Shown here: in pieces, positions 24,244-36,537 of the stretch
How positions within the stretch are numbered: the first letter of the stretch is position 1
Layout of the letters: each line of letters starts with the position of its first letter
Source: Bigelowiella natans CCMP2755
Lineage: Eukaryota; Protista; Cercozoa
Direction of reading: 5' to 3'
DNA: 60,252 nt
Assembly (NCBI GenBank): GCA_000320545.1
Contig: ADNK01002846.1
Span: 1 to 60,252, forward strand
Position numbers and translations under genes: made by a program
Notes under the pieces: generated by a model
What the model saw: only the letters and a program-made list of their open reading frames with translations
Told to the model about the DNA's origin: nothing
Databases searched by the model: none

Positions 24244-24780
24244 GTGTGTGTGTTTTCGGGACCTGCACGGTTTGGCCGCCATTCGCGTTGCAGCGTTGCA
24301 GCGTTGCCCCGCCGATGAAGATCTCCTTTGTTTTTTCAAGGATTTCAGGATTTCCTAGATTTCACTATTATGTTGTCGCAGGTAATGAATTGCCTGGGGC
24401 ACGTTGTTATCCTTATCAGGTATTACTGTATTACTGACCGGTTTGGCGTTCTGCGCCTTGTTAAATCCTTGTCGCAGATGAGGTGATGCCCACGCAAAAT
24501 TCGGAGAAATTTCCTCGCCCCGTCCTCGCTCTGTGACTGGTCAGACCATGGCTATACATTGCATGCGACAACGTTAATGTGAAGTCTTCATGGTGGAATT
24601 CCATTCATGGATTCGGTCCCAATATTTCGAGGAGGATCGGTGCGGGTTAGAAAGATAGCAAAAAGCAGGGTTGGAGGTTGGAGGAGTTAATCAAAAATCA
24701 ACAACCAGTGAAGAATCAGCGAAAAACTTTTACAACACATTCTAATAATCCGATCCTACAAGCCCCTCCTACAAACCAGC

Positions 24781-27171
24781 ATGAGTTTAAAGTGGCTATA
24801 CGATAATTTTCTTTCAAATGAGGACCAGAATCCCCAACCAAAGCAAGACATACAACAGGAGTCTAAGACCCCCAAAAAAGAGGAGTCTTCTAAGACACTG
24901 AACCCCTGTGAATATCCTAAATACCTAACCAACGGCTGGGTGAAGTCCAAAAGTCCTTATACCGCAAAGGGTACCATAAAGATCACAGGGGGAAAGGGAG
25001 GTGAGATTGACATTGGCAAGTCATCAACAGTTTACTTCCTCAAGGGACACATTCAACATGACCGGCTATTGGATGTTGGTGATGATGTTGTCGTTCGTTA
25101 TCACAAGTACGTCAAAGGAAATAAGACTGACTACAAAGCTTGCGAAGTGAGGAGACACCAAAAAGAGGAGTCTACTAAGACACTGAACCCCTGTGAATAT
25201 CCTAAATACCTAACCAACGGCTGGGTGAAGTCCAAAAGTCCTTATACCGCAAAGGGTACCATAAAGATCACAGGGGGAAAGGGAGGTGAGATTGACATTG
25301 GCAAGTCATCAACAGTTTACTTCCTCAAGGGACACATTCAACATGACCGGCTATTGGATGTTGGTGATGATGTTGTCGTTCGTTATCACAAGTACGTCAA
25401 AGGAAATAAGACTGACTACAAAGCTTGCGAAGTGAAAAGAGATACTAGTTCTGCTGCTCCGGCTGTTGTGAGCCACCTGGAACAGGGTTTTGAGGGTGCT
25501 CATTGCATCGAAACAAAAGGGCATATTTTCCAGATCTCAAAGCCTCCCAAGGATTTTGGCTTTATCAAAGCCAAAATACCCATACGCTTTGATCTCAAAT
25601 CTGTCGATGTGCGCCCAGCTAAATTTGAGCTCACAGCTGGCATGATAGTCTATATTGATTTCAACATGGATTCTCACGGTAAACTGTACACCGAGCACAT
25701 CGTTGCGTTAAAGCAAGAACGTCTCCAAGGGATAACATACTCAGAGGGAGTGGTGAAGTTCGTCAAATCTAGGAGTGGTTTTGGACAGATCATGGCAGAT
25801 GTCACCATCTACTATAAGATGAGGATGATCCCGGGTGCGAAGCTTCACGATGAAGTATACACACAAGCTAAGATCGTTTCACAAGGAAGATTGTCAGCTA
25901 TATCAGTTAGTAGGCCTTCTTCTCGTAGAGCACGTCGTAGAGCACGTCATAGCAGCGGATCTCCAACTAAGAATCTTCATTCCAACGTCTCTACCCGCAA
26001 AGCAAGATCTGCGCGATCATCTCCGAACGGGTCACCAGGAAGATACGAAAAGAAAAAAAACTCTCACGGATCTCCAACTAAGAACCTTCATTCCAACGTC
26101 TCTACCCGCAAAGCAAGATCTGCGCGATCATCTCCGAACAGGTCACCAGGAAGATACGAAAAGAAAAAAAACCCTCACGGATCTCCAACTAAGAACCTTC
26201 ATTCCAACGTCTCTACCCGCAAAGCAAAGTCTGCGCGATCATCTCCGAACAGGTCGCCAGAAAGATACGAAAAGGAAAAAAACTCTCACGAAACGACTGC
26301 CGGAAGAATAAATAAGGTGCAGGATGGCGTTGTCACTATTAGTCTTTTCAAAGAGGAAGGTGTCTCAAACAAAGAGTTCTCAATGGACAAGTGCGAATAC
26401 GCAAACCCAGATGTCGGAGATATTGTTAATGTGGAGTACGAAAGAGATGAAAAGGGGTCTTGCAGCAGAATCCTACGGGTGCAAAAGATTCTAACCAAGA
26501 TTGGAACAGTCAAGAACGTTGGGCCTGTAAGCGGTTTCATCATCGTGAAGACAGAGCAGGAGGACGTTTACTTCGAGAGAAATTGTTGTCAAATTGCGCA
26601 GCCAGTTGAAGGTGATACCGTGCAAGTCTCCTACATCCATAGCTGTGGAAAGTTGAAAGCTCTTCACATCTGTGACGTTGAGACCCAATCTAAAGATAAA
26701 GACGAAGGCGAACAGAATCAGGTGTCAAGCAGTGCTAAAGGAAATGAGCTTCCTGCTGGATTCGAGGACTTACGCAACGACGTTGACCACGATGGACTAT
26801 CAGGGGAGCACCTAAAGATTGACAAGAAGGACGGTAATCAAAGTGGTCATGCTGGCTTCAAGTTTGGGGACTTTTTGCAGCTCTTCAGACCAGTTGTACA
26901 AGTCCAGATGCAGGTCGATAACCCAACGGTATCGTCGGATGTTGTGCTAAATGTCCTCGTCAAAACGCAAATTGGACAGTTGTGGAAGCACTATAAAGCC
27001 GGCGACTACAAAAGGTTTGTCAAGTCCATAGGCCCAGCGCTGAAAATCAAGATTGCGGCAGAAAATCCAGGGAAATCGAGCGATGTCCAAAAGAAACTCA
27101 AGATGGAATTGATCGTGAAACTGTGGACGCTCATGGGAGGAAACTTTGCACATGAACAGAGCGAAAACTGA
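24781..27171 (+). CDS. Intronless 796-aa protein with multiple cold-shock/OB-fold-like repeats (probable nucleic-acid binding)
   Basis: Long ORF with CSD-like motifs (EGVVKFVKSRSGFGQI, IGTVKNVGPVSGFIIV..EDVYFE, KDFGFI, VGDxVxV). Near-exact 285-bp internal duplication (about 24875-25435) and three 111-bp Ser/Arg/Lys-rich repeats (about 25957-26289). Confidence 0.7.
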   Translation: MSLKWLYDNFLSNEDQNPQPKQDIQQESKTPKKEESSKTLNPCEYPKYLTNGWVKSKSPYTAKGTIKITGGKGGEIDIGKSSTVYFLKGHIQHDRLLDVGDDVVVRYHKYVKGNKTDYKACEVRRHQKEESTKTLNPCEYPKYLTNGWVKSKSPYTAKGTIKITGGKGGEIDIGKSSTVYFLKGHIQHDRLLDVGDDVVVRYHKYVKGNKTDYKACEVKRDTSSAAPAVVSHLEQGFEGAHCIETKGHIFQISKPPKDFGFIKAKIPIRFDLKSVDVRPAKFELTAGMIVYIDFNMDSHGKLYTEHIVALKQERLQGITYSEGVVKFVKSRSGFGQIMADVTIYYKMRMIPGAKLHDEVYTQAKIVSQGRLSAISVSRPSSRRARRRARHSSGSPTKNLHSNVSTRKARSARSSPNGSPGRYEKKKNSHGSPTKNLHSNVSTRKARSARSSPNRSPGRYEKKKNPHGSPTKNLHSNVSTRKAKSARSSPNRSPERYEKEKNSHETTAGRINKVQDGVVTISLFKEEGVSNKEFSMDKCEYANPDVGDIVNVEYERDEKGSCSRILRVQKILTKIGTVKNVGPVSGFIIVKTEQEDVYFERNCCQIAQPVEGDTVQVSYIHSCGKLKALHICDVETQSKDKDEGEQNQVSSSAKGNELPAGFEDLRNDVDHDGLSGEHLKIDKKDGNQSGHAGFKFGDFLQLFRPVVQVQMQVDNPTVSSDVVLNVLVKTQIGQLWKHYKAGDYKRFVKSIGPALKIKIAAENPGKSSDVQKKLKMELIVKLWTLMGGNFAHEQSEN

Positions 27172-28072
27172 AAAAATGAAACTTGTGTCCGTGTCCTGCA
27201 AGATCATCAAAAATCAACGTTCAATGCATCAATTTGCTGAAATCAAAAAGTCAAAGATGTGTTGTTTTGTCATTGACGTTCATATCTCATTTAACAACAA
27301 AGCAAATCCTTGCATTTTCCATCTAGTCATTTGAATTACGTGTTGTGCAGTCATGCACCACAGCACGCGTGCACATGCTAGCATGTCTAGATGTGCAAAC
27401 AGCATTGCAGCAAGCAGCACGTATAATACAAACGTCGGCCACAACGAACGGCACAGACGGGCTAGACGAGATTGGCATGCAGGCTGTACTGCATTGTGCT
27501 GTGAAGACCACCTAGACCAGCTGGCTTGCGCCACATAATTCAATTGACGTGCCGGCAATGATTTTCAATAAGAGCGCTGAGCTCTAGAGCTGCATGAATC
27601 CATGCTAGTGCATGCCTTCGAAGAAAATGAAGTATTTGAAAAAAATCAATATTATAGACAACGCAATATGTGTGTGTGTGCGCGCGCGCGTGTGTGTGTG
27701 TATCGCGATTTTATCAGGAACACATCTAGACAGTACCAACTGCATCACAGGCTGATGTATGGGCAAGACACATGTAATCAATAACTTTGTCTTTTAAATG
27801 TAATCTCACAAGATGTTCTCGTTGCATAGTGCCTTGTTCATGGTAACATTTAAAGTTTTGTAGATGATTCAACCTCATTAAATAGTTCTAGAACTGCTAA
27901 TTAGATTATGTGATGCAACGTACACGTAAGTAAAGAAGTATAAACACTAAGATAGATACACATATCGTCCCTTGCCTTTCATTTAATCTATGTAGAGATG
28001 ATTTATCATTGTATTTGCCAATTTGCACAACACGACGAAAGTGTGAGTACCTGTTTTACGGATTGTGGGGTT

Positions 28073-29005
28073 CTATGTGTCGTTGCTATTATTACTATGA
28101 AGAGCTTCTGCAAGATCAGCTTTGAAAACAGATATCATTTGCCGTTTTTCATTTTCAAATCTCTGCTTTTGTTCTCTAACATGACTTGCTAACGCTCGTA
28201 TGTCATTGTCCTTCCGAACTAATTCCGCCTCAAGCTCAGCATTTCGCTTCAGAAGAGCATCTCTCTCAGCCACAAGGTCTCTGTAGTTAGGATCTGAAGG
28301 AGAGCTTCCCTCTTTACCATCATGACCAGATTGCTCCAAAATAAGCTGCAACTGCTGAGTCTCTGCTTCCTTCCTAGATACTCGCTCTCTTTCTAGCACC
28401 AGTTGTCGCCGCAACTCGGAAACTATTCGCTCAGGAGATTTTTCATCTTCTCTCTCGGATATACCGCGTCTTATGTTACGCATGTGTTCGGTCTCTGCTC
28501 GTAGGTCTGCTACATCCTGCCTCAGACGAAGGTTTTCATCATAGATAAGTTTTTCCTTCTGCTTCAGATCCATGATTATAGCCTTATATTGCTCTTGATC
28601 GTCAATTCGTGATTGAGACCGGTGCAGTTCCAGCTCATTTACGTACGAATCTAGCTGTTTTTTCAAAATAATTTTTTCTTTGACCAGACGCTCCACCTCG
28701 CGAGTCCATTCCTGGCGCTCGTCGTCGATAAACACCTTCATGTTCCTCAGCTGGAAACTAAGCTCCTGCTGATGAATTTTGCTGTTCTTCGCTCTATCGG
28801 CCCAAGCTCGAAGAATCATCTGTCTCTCAAGCCTCCATGCTTGCTCGAGCTTGCGCAGGTGGTGGGTGGGTAGCTCTTGTCCTTCATCCCTCGGTTCAGG
28901 ATCTCCTGTGGAACCGGCCTCCATGTTTGAAAATGGTGCAGATTGTTCTGTGTTGAAAAACGAACGACGACTGGGGAATGTAGATGTCTCAACGGTAAAA
29001 TCCAT
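28073..29005 (-). CDS. Uncharacterised coiled-coil protein (310 aa)
   Basis: Long ORF rich in E/Q/R/L heptad-like segments. Confidence 0.65.
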   Translation of the reverse strand: MDFTVETSTFPSRRSFFNTEQSAPFSNMEAGSTGDPEPRDEGQELPTHHLRKLEQAWRLERQMILRAWADRAKNSKIHQQELSFQLRNMKVFIDDERQEWTREVERLVKEKIILKKQLDSYVNELELHRSQSRIDDQEQYKAIIMDLKQKEKLIYDENLRLRQDVADLRAETEHMRNIRRGISEREDEKSPERIVSELRRQLVLERERVSRKEAETQQLQLILEQSGHDGKEGSSPSDPNYRDLVAERDALLKRNAELEAELVRKDNDIRALASHVREQKQRFENEKRQMISVFKADLAEALHSNNSNDT

Positions 29006-29319
29006 CCCCTTTCTTACTGTTCATTTGCAGTGAAAACGCCCTTGATCTGTGCTTGAGCTCACACAGCCGTTGGAGAAAACAAAAAAATGCCAAAAAGAGA
29101 GGAGCACCCGCTGTACAACCTGCGATATCCCACTTCCTCCCGCGACATAGCCTTGTGCCGAATAGCAGAGCAAAACCTCAGGGGTTTCCAATTTCGAAGA
29201 AATTTCGGGAAGTCATTCCCTGCAGCGGCACAGTTATCTCAGGAATAAACACAGGGGATTATTGGGTTTGCGACAAGCTTCAGAATCCAAGCACAACAGC
29301 AACAACTCAAGTATCATCG

Positions 29320-31176
29320 ATGCCTCCTTCCCTCCCCGATGATGAAGTCGAAGACGGTGTCAATGCTGCTGATCTTAAGGTAGCTCTATCGTGCAACCAT
29401 TCGTCTAAGTGTCTGGACGAGGCAGATTTTGTAGTTGAGTCTTCTTGCTTGCTTATTTGCAGGATCAAGTAAGCAAAGTGGAGTTTGTTCCGAAAGCCCC
29501 CCCGCCGTTCTTGCGTAGGGCTACGTCCCTCATCCCCCCTCTGAGCGAACCCCAGAGGAGAATCATTACAGATGCAACTTTTATTGTTATGTTGGGTATT
29601 CCGCTTTCCCTTCTCCAGCTGGCGTCGTTAAACGATGGTTCGAATAGGTGGGAATGCTTTACTTTGATAGTCGAGTTTCTCCTCTCAACAACACTTTTTT
29701 CATGAACGGGCCTGTTCCCCTAGGACGTTCCCTCTCGTAAAATGAAACGAGGAATAGATGAAAGCGTACTATTTGCCAATATATGATTTCTTCAATATAG
29801 AAGGAAAACGACAAAAAAATCTCAAGACACCTGACGTCAAAATCACTTAATCGTAGGGAATGGGCTTTCCCCCTCTCCCTGGGCGTGGAGCATGCACTGA
29901 GGACGTTTCTAATGCTCATGTTATTCCGTAATATTCTCAAAGACGAATGCCTAAACTTTCAAAGACCCATAGCCATTAGTGTGCTTACAGCCGTTACCTT
30001 CGCAGTGACTGCTGTCGTAACCTTCTTGATTAGAAGGAGCGATGTTCCATTCTGGCCGAAAGTGATATTGTCGATCCTAAGCTCAATCGTGATCGTATGC
30101 TCGCAATTTATATTTCCGCTTACAGCATACTACAACAGACATGGGTTTCCACGCTGCTGTTCGCGAGCCGACGCCCCGTACGTCACTATTTAAACTTCAG
30201 ATCACACAATCACCTTTCTGCCAGCAAATAACTGTTTCGCTCATCTATTGTCTGCTTTTGCTACTGCGTTCTTACTCTTTGTCATCCTCCGCTTGTTATT
30301 GGGTCAGATTTTGGATTGCGGTGTTTCCTTCCATCATCCTCTTCTTCCTCGCTCTGAGCAGTGCTCACGCTGGTGGGGGGGCGTTCCTGCTCTCTTCCGC
30401 AGTCATTGTAGTTCAGATTATCACATCATCTCTTGTTATCATCTTGTGCCTGGAGGAAGTCGGAGAGCAATCCAAGCTGCGAAGAGAAGTTCCCATTGCA
30501 ACGCTGGCCATCATCGTCGCTGGGTATGCACCGATCGCGATAATGACGCTTGCGCGTGTGGTAGAGACGGCGCTTGAGAACAGGGAATTCCTCGAGCTTG
30601 CGGTCTTCGTAGCAACATGCGCGTTTAGCTGGCTTGCCATCGAGATGCTCGAGGTGATGTTGCTTCGTCTTTCGAGGGAGCGTCAGGAGCAGATGCTTGT
30701 TGCCACCTTCCCGGTTCAGTTTACGATGGTAATAGGATCCTTGCAGATGGGAAGGGAGGGGGGGGGAAGGATGCAGAAATAAATATTTCCGCACTGACTA
30801 AATTCTCGAGCTTATCATAACAATCACCCTCTCACCCTCTCCACCTTCGGACAGGAATTTGCTTTGGGAGCCATTTTCATTGATGCGAGGCTCGACGGCG
30901 CGTTCTTTGTTTTGCTGTTTCTCTCCGGCTTGCGCGACGTTTTGAAGGAGAGTGGCCTCCTTTATGAGCCCTTCTACAACTGCTGCCTTGCTGACAGAAC
31001 AAGACCTGAAAACGACAGAAAAGGGTCGGTGCACTATTGGCACACCTTGTCGTTGCCGTGATCAATCATCCAGTGAATAATACCATATTAAAGCAATTGA
31101 GGGGGAATCGTAGAACTTGGGAAGGATGATACGGAAATCATGATCCGCCTCTTCTCTCTTTGTGTCTGCCTGCTGT

Positions 31177-31218
<42 letters not shown>

Positions 31219-32181
31219 TAGGCTGTACCGGTACGTGCTACGAAAGTACATTATCATGCAGCAGAAGTTTCTCGCAGAAATTGTGTCGGCCCCATTGTTC
31301 ATCATGCTGGTAATGACAGCATAATCACATTAGGAACGAAAGCTCATACCATTTTGTGGGGTGCATGGTCGTCTCTTCATCTGACTCTCTCTCTCTCACT
31401 CTTCTCCCCCTCCCCCCCACCTCTCTTCCGGATCAACTTTTTGGTGAAAAATCACTAGATCACGGTCGAATATCACGTTGCGGGGCCTGTCGGGCTTGAG
31501 CGAGAAATTTCTGCGCAAGCAGGCGACGATGACTACGGGCTCTTGATGGCCAAATACGCCATGTGCCGCTCACACACCCACTTGGAAGAGAGAGAGGGAG
31601 AGAGAGAGAGAGAAGGAGAATATTAGCAACATCATCATCATAGAGTGAGTAAGTAGTAGCAGTAGTGGTAGTAGTAGTAGGGGGAGGCGTTGCGGTGGTG
31701 ATGCCACCATATGCAGTAGAGAAAGTGCCCTCCTCATCATCATCCCCATGTCTGTTTGCTGTTGCTGTTGCGGCTGCTGCTGCTGCTCTGCTGTGCGCCC
31801 AGCGTGATGGCGTCAGAGTACGTTTCGAACTGGATCGGGGCGCGCCTCTACGACTCGCGGATAGAGCGCCTCCGCGGCGACGCGGTAGCGATGCAGAAGA
31901 GGATGATGCCAGGCCCACGGTTTGGAAGCGGCCTTCCTTCCACTGCTCGGCCCTGCGCCGCCGGCCCTCCTCCTCCCGTCGTAGTAGGTGCCACCACACA
32001 CGAAGTCCGATTGGAAGTTGAGAGTAAAAACGATGGGGGTGGCACTGAGGGTGAGCTCCATGATGATGACGACCGCGAGGAGAAGATGATGAAGCATCCT
32101 GGAGAGGACCAAAGCGCCTCGTCGATTGGGGCGAGTAGCCGTCCGAGTTGTTGTTCAGGAATTGGGGGAGGTGATTCATGA
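29320..32181 (+). CDS. Multi-exon multi-pass membrane protein, uncharacterised (exon boundaries approximate)
   Basis: Successive hydrophobic coding segments (about 29570-29650, 29942-30728, 30856-30990, 31221-31309, 31459-31560, 31840-32181) separated by GT..AG introns; acidic C-terminal tail. Confidence 0.5.
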
Positions 32182-32232
32182 TTGATTGATTGATTGATTG
32201 ATTGTTGTTGTCGCCGATTTCGTTGAAAGCAG

Positions 32233-32272
<40 letters not shown>

Positions 32273-32277
32273 TATGA

Positions 32278-32315
<38 letters not shown>

Positions 32316-33891
32316 ATTCTCAACGACACTAGAAGCACTGCACATCATCCTTCGCACTGCCCAATGCACACACACACAAAGAGAGACAGAGAGAGCAGTC
32401 TTCAAGTACTATGATATCGCTCCATCCTCCCATTACTTTACGAGCTTGCCTTCGACCAGGTAGCCAGCCAAGCCGCGGTAGCTGCAGGAGGGGGCTGAGT
32501 GTCGGAGGGGGGAGGAGAGGGGGAGGGGGAGCGCAGGCGCCCTCGAGGAAAGCACCTCAACGTGTGATGTCGCGACGAAGAAGCCGGAGTCCTTCGGCTA
32601 TGGCCGCAAGATTGAAGCATCAAGTCTCTCGGTCAATAGCCGCAGTAAGGGCAGCAAACCTACTTCCCGATGTGGACACGTACGCACGCAAAACCCTTCC
32701 TTGAGACGAATGATGATGACCCCCACCCCTCCTTGCTTGGTCAAACGGTCTCTCCTCGGATCTCCTAAGAGTAGCTCTTTGATGTGACGTTGGCTGCTGG
32801 TTGCTTCTGCTGCTGCTGCGGGCACAAACGAGTGTGCCCGCAGGATGAAGCGATTGACCGTCTTCTGTTTTCACTCTTTTATTTGTGGGTTGAAGTCAAC
32901 CGAAAGCACATCGAGATAGTTCACAATTGTACACATATCTACATATGTGCGTATGCACACACGTATGCACATGTGTACATGTGTATTCTTAATCCACATT
33001 ACGTGCATTTCGTGAAAATCAAGCATGGGTTGAACAATTGCACATCTCACCTGTGTACAAATAGGCATCTCCACCATGCGAAGGACGACCGCATCACATT
33101 CATCGTTGGTGGCCTCAATGCAATGCTAGCTCTCTACTTCTGGAAAAACACTTCGATAACAAGCAGCGACTAAGCTCTGGTACCTGCTACTCTGTAGCTG
33201 GATTTGCTCATCGTCTATGTACGTAATGTATTCTGTCCATGTCACCAGGTCAAGCTATTTTCAGCTCCGCCGTTCTCCAATGACAAATTGCAAAATGTCT
33301 ACCATGACCGCAATATAGTAATGTGTCGTCCTTCCGTACTAGCGTAGATGATGATAGCATCTGGAATTTAACTTGCTGTCGCGAAAGGATGGTGAGCACG
33401 AGCGCATGCAACCATTCGTGTCATTTTCAGAGCTCGGCAGCGTCACGTCGCAAATGCAAGAGTGTGGCAACCACAAACGAGAGGAACATGTGCTGATGCA
33501 CGCATGCTAGCATGGCTATATGGCGACAATGCATGGTGCGTTCAGGCGAGCGCTCAAGCTTGCTAGCTAGCTAGCTAGCTAGCAAGGCCGCGATGACACC
33601 TGTCAGTTTGCAGTTCCCAAAGTTTTGTGCCTCTGACTCGCAGCAGCAGTCTAGCTAGCTAGCACTGCTAGACTGCGCCCTTTGCTTTTTTGGCAAGCGG
33701 AGCATCGATGCGAAAAAATCTCAAAATTACTAGATCATGCTAGTATGCGCTAATCTAGTAATCTAGTAATGGTACATGACATCATATTTTATCGTGAACC
33801 GCCATTCTAGCATTGTCAGCTCGAACGACATAATGTAATGTGGAACACACTAGACACATAAAAGCCAGGAAGTTATACTTAAAAGCACAAA

Positions 33892-35862
33892 TTATATTTT
33901 GAGAGAAGCTGCACTTTTTCTCTTTTTCTTCGCGCCGCCTCGATTTCCTTTTCTAATGTACGATGCACGTTGTTGTTGCTGCTGCTGTTGTCCGCCCGTC
34001 GTCGACTCTGCCTCTTGTATCTTGGCGAAGAATGCTGCCGATTTTGAGTAGTCCGTTTGATCAACTTCCGCAGCATCAGCCAGTAGATTGCTATCCTGGG
34101 CTTTCTTGAAGTTTTGCTCGAGTTCCTTTCTCTGGTTTGTCTTGGCGTCTTTCTTGTCCTCCTGCGTCTTGGAGCGCTTCCGCTTGCGCAGGCGCTTCTT
34201 CTTTGTGTTGCGCAGCGTGGTCTTTTCCTTGCGGCTCATCTCAGCGCGCTGCGTGGGCATTCCCTGGGACTCGGACTTATACGCTTCTTGTGGCGCGGAC
34301 GCCGCTTCCTTACTAACAGCCATAGGAAGCACCTCCTCCATCGAAATTGCAGGTGTCTCCGTGGCTACGCGGAGCTCCTCCACGTGCGGTTTGGGCGTGA
34401 AGTGGAAGTTCGACAATGCGTCGAGTTTGTGGTTGAGCTGGCTCATGAGCTGGGCGATCTCCATATGGGCCTCGTCCAGTTCGGTCTTGAGCTTCTCGTC
34501 GTCGAAGTTTGTCCCCGTCGCCTTGGCTACGTATTCTCTATCATACAGCTCAGCGAGGCCGACCTCGCTCTTCTCCTGCGACAGCTCTTTTTTCGGCTTG
34601 TAGCGTTTCTCCTTGGGGGGCTCTTTGCGCTCCACATCGTCCCAGACCTCGTTGATGATGCGGTTCTTGATGAGGTCCTCGAGCTCTTGGGTCGCCTCCA
34701 CCGTAATGGGCTCTGGGAGCCTTTGCGCCATTTGGAAGTTGAGGTCCGTCTCCAAAAGGCTGTTCTCTGGCCGCCGTGCAGCATCCACCTCCCCGCTCAG
34801 TACCCACTCCCTCGGCTTCACGATCTTTTCTTCCATCATTTTGATCTGTTCCTTCATCTTGCGCTTCTGCTTCTCGTAGCGCGACAGCCCTTGCGGATCC
34901 TCCTCTTCGTCGTCGCCGCCGTTCTCGCCGCCTTCATCTATGCTCTTTTCGCCGTGCAGTTCATCATCATCCTCTTCCTCCTCTTCAACTTCGTCGCCAC
35001 CCTCCTCCTCCTTATTATCGCCTTTTTGTAAGTGGGATTGACTGGAAAACACGGCTGGATCTGGAGAGTCAAAGAAGTCGCTATACTTTAGGTTGACAGC
35101 CTCACCGTCCTCGATGGGAGCGTTGAAATCAACATCGTCGTCATCCTCTTCTTCTTCTTCTTCGCTGTTGTCATCCTTTTCAGCCTGCTGGCGCTCTAAT
35201 ACCTGATAATCCCCATCTCGGTAGTCGAAATCGGCAATTTCGTCCAGTTCGTCTTCATCATAGAAAAGATCCTCATTCGTCGTTTTCATTCTCTCTGCCA
35301 AGTCCCGCTCCTCGTCTGACACTGCTGCTGATGCTGTAGTACCAGCCTTTGTGGTAGATAATGATGAGTGCACAGCTTCTTCCTCCTTTTTAGCTGCCTT
35401 TTTTTTCTTCTTCTTAGTGCCCTCCTTGCTCTCCTTGGCAGGTGGATCCCCCCCCCCCTTTTTCTCATTATCTATGGCGGAGGCGCTGTCCCACCCTTTC
35501 GGTTTCGGTGTTGGCCCTTCAAATACTTCCTCTCCTTCACTTGTATCGTTTCCTGCCTCAGCTTCTTTGCGACTCCTGTCAACAATGCCCTCAACGTATT
35601 TCCGCAGCACGGTGACCATGGGTTTATTAAGGATTTGAAGTTGCTCCCATATCTGCTCCGTGTCGAACTGCGAGACGATCAACTGAGACATTGCAGTCCG
35701 TGTTGCTTCAGAGCTCAGTCCCGTGGACTTCGCCTGCACCAGCAGCTTTGCATAGAGCTGCTTGAGGATGCCTGCGAGGATCTCTCGCCTCTCCCTGCTC
35801 TTGTTCAAAAAGCACTCGGGCTTAGAGAGGAATGTGTCCACGGTAGAGATCATATCCTCCAT
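33892..35862 (-). CDS. MPP10: U3 snoRNP protein Mpp10
   Basis: 656-aa ORF with FDTEQIWEQLQ, an acidic middle region, WVLSGEV..RPENSLLETDLNF, IKNRIINEVWDDV, LSQEKSEVGLAELY, KLDALSNFHFTPKP, AISMEEVLP and KSAAFFAKIQ, all Mpp10 signature blocks. Confidence 0.95.
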   Translation of the reverse strand: MEDMISTVDTFLSKPECFLNKSRERREILAGILKQLYAKLLVQAKSTGLSSEATRTAMSQLIVSQFDTEQIWEQLQILNKPMVTVLRKYVEGIVDRSRKEAEAGNDTSEGEEVFEGPTPKPKGWDSASAIDNEKKGGGDPPAKESKEGTKKKKKKAAKKEEEAVHSSLSTTKAGTTASAAVSDEERDLAERMKTTNEDLFYDEDELDEIADFDYRDGDYQVLERQQAEKDDNSEEEEEEDDDDVDFNAPIEDGEAVNLKYSDFFDSPDPAVFSSQSHLQKGDNKEEEGGDEVEEEEEDDDELHGEKSIDEGGENGGDDEEEDPQGLSRYEKQKRKMKEQIKMMEEKIVKPREWVLSGEVDAARRPENSLLETDLNFQMAQRLPEPITVEATQELEDLIKNRIINEVWDDVERKEPPKEKRYKPKKELSQEKSEVGLAELYDREYVAKATGTNFDDEKLKTELDEAHMEIAQLMSQLNHKLDALSNFHFTPKPHVEELRVATETPAISMEEVLPMAVSKEAASAPQEAYKSESQGMPTQRAEMSRKEKTTLRNTKKKRLRKRKRSKTQEDKKDAKTNQRKELEQNFKKAQDSNLLADAAEVDQTDYSKSAAFFAKIQEAESTTGGQQQQQQQRASYIRKGNRGGAKKKRKSAASLKI

Positions 35863-36537
35863 GATGAAGCTGGGCAGCTACTCGATAGTGGCCTTGATTG
35901 AGAGAATGGAAGCGGGAGAGATGTAACTCGCTAACAACGCAGCATCACTTTTCCTGGCGGCGATCGTCCGTGTATGCACGGGTATGTTCTGTCCTAGAAC
36001 CAAGTTCAGCCTCTTGTAAGCCAGGCAATCCGAATAAAAACTATGAAATGCAGTCTATTTGACAACAATCGAACCATATTCGCATGGCGCATCTGAAAGT
36101 CACAGGTAATTACCGCGGGAAATGGAAATCGTTGTTGTTGAAAAGAGATCTGATCCGGAGATAGTAAGTTATTTATCGGGGAAACATCTATCATTGTATT
36201 CTCGCACATTCTCACGCTCCCACAGCCCAAGCAGATCGTCAAAGCGTGTACAGTCTTTATGGCCATGAGTAGTAATTTATCGCATGTAATAATTTCTAGC
36301 AAAACGTTGGGCTTTCCATGCGTTCGAGGCGGATTAACTAAGATTCTAAGATATGGGCATACATACATCTCCACCTTAATTCCTAAAAACTGAAGTAATA
36401 TTTGCATATTATGGGCGACATGGGCCATTGTGTGATAAATTAGGGTGTTTTAAAATTCTAGATCAGAATCATTAAAGCTGAATTCTTGCTCCTCAAAACC
36501 CGAGGCCCATCTAGCCTCACCCCTCATTGGTACCCTG

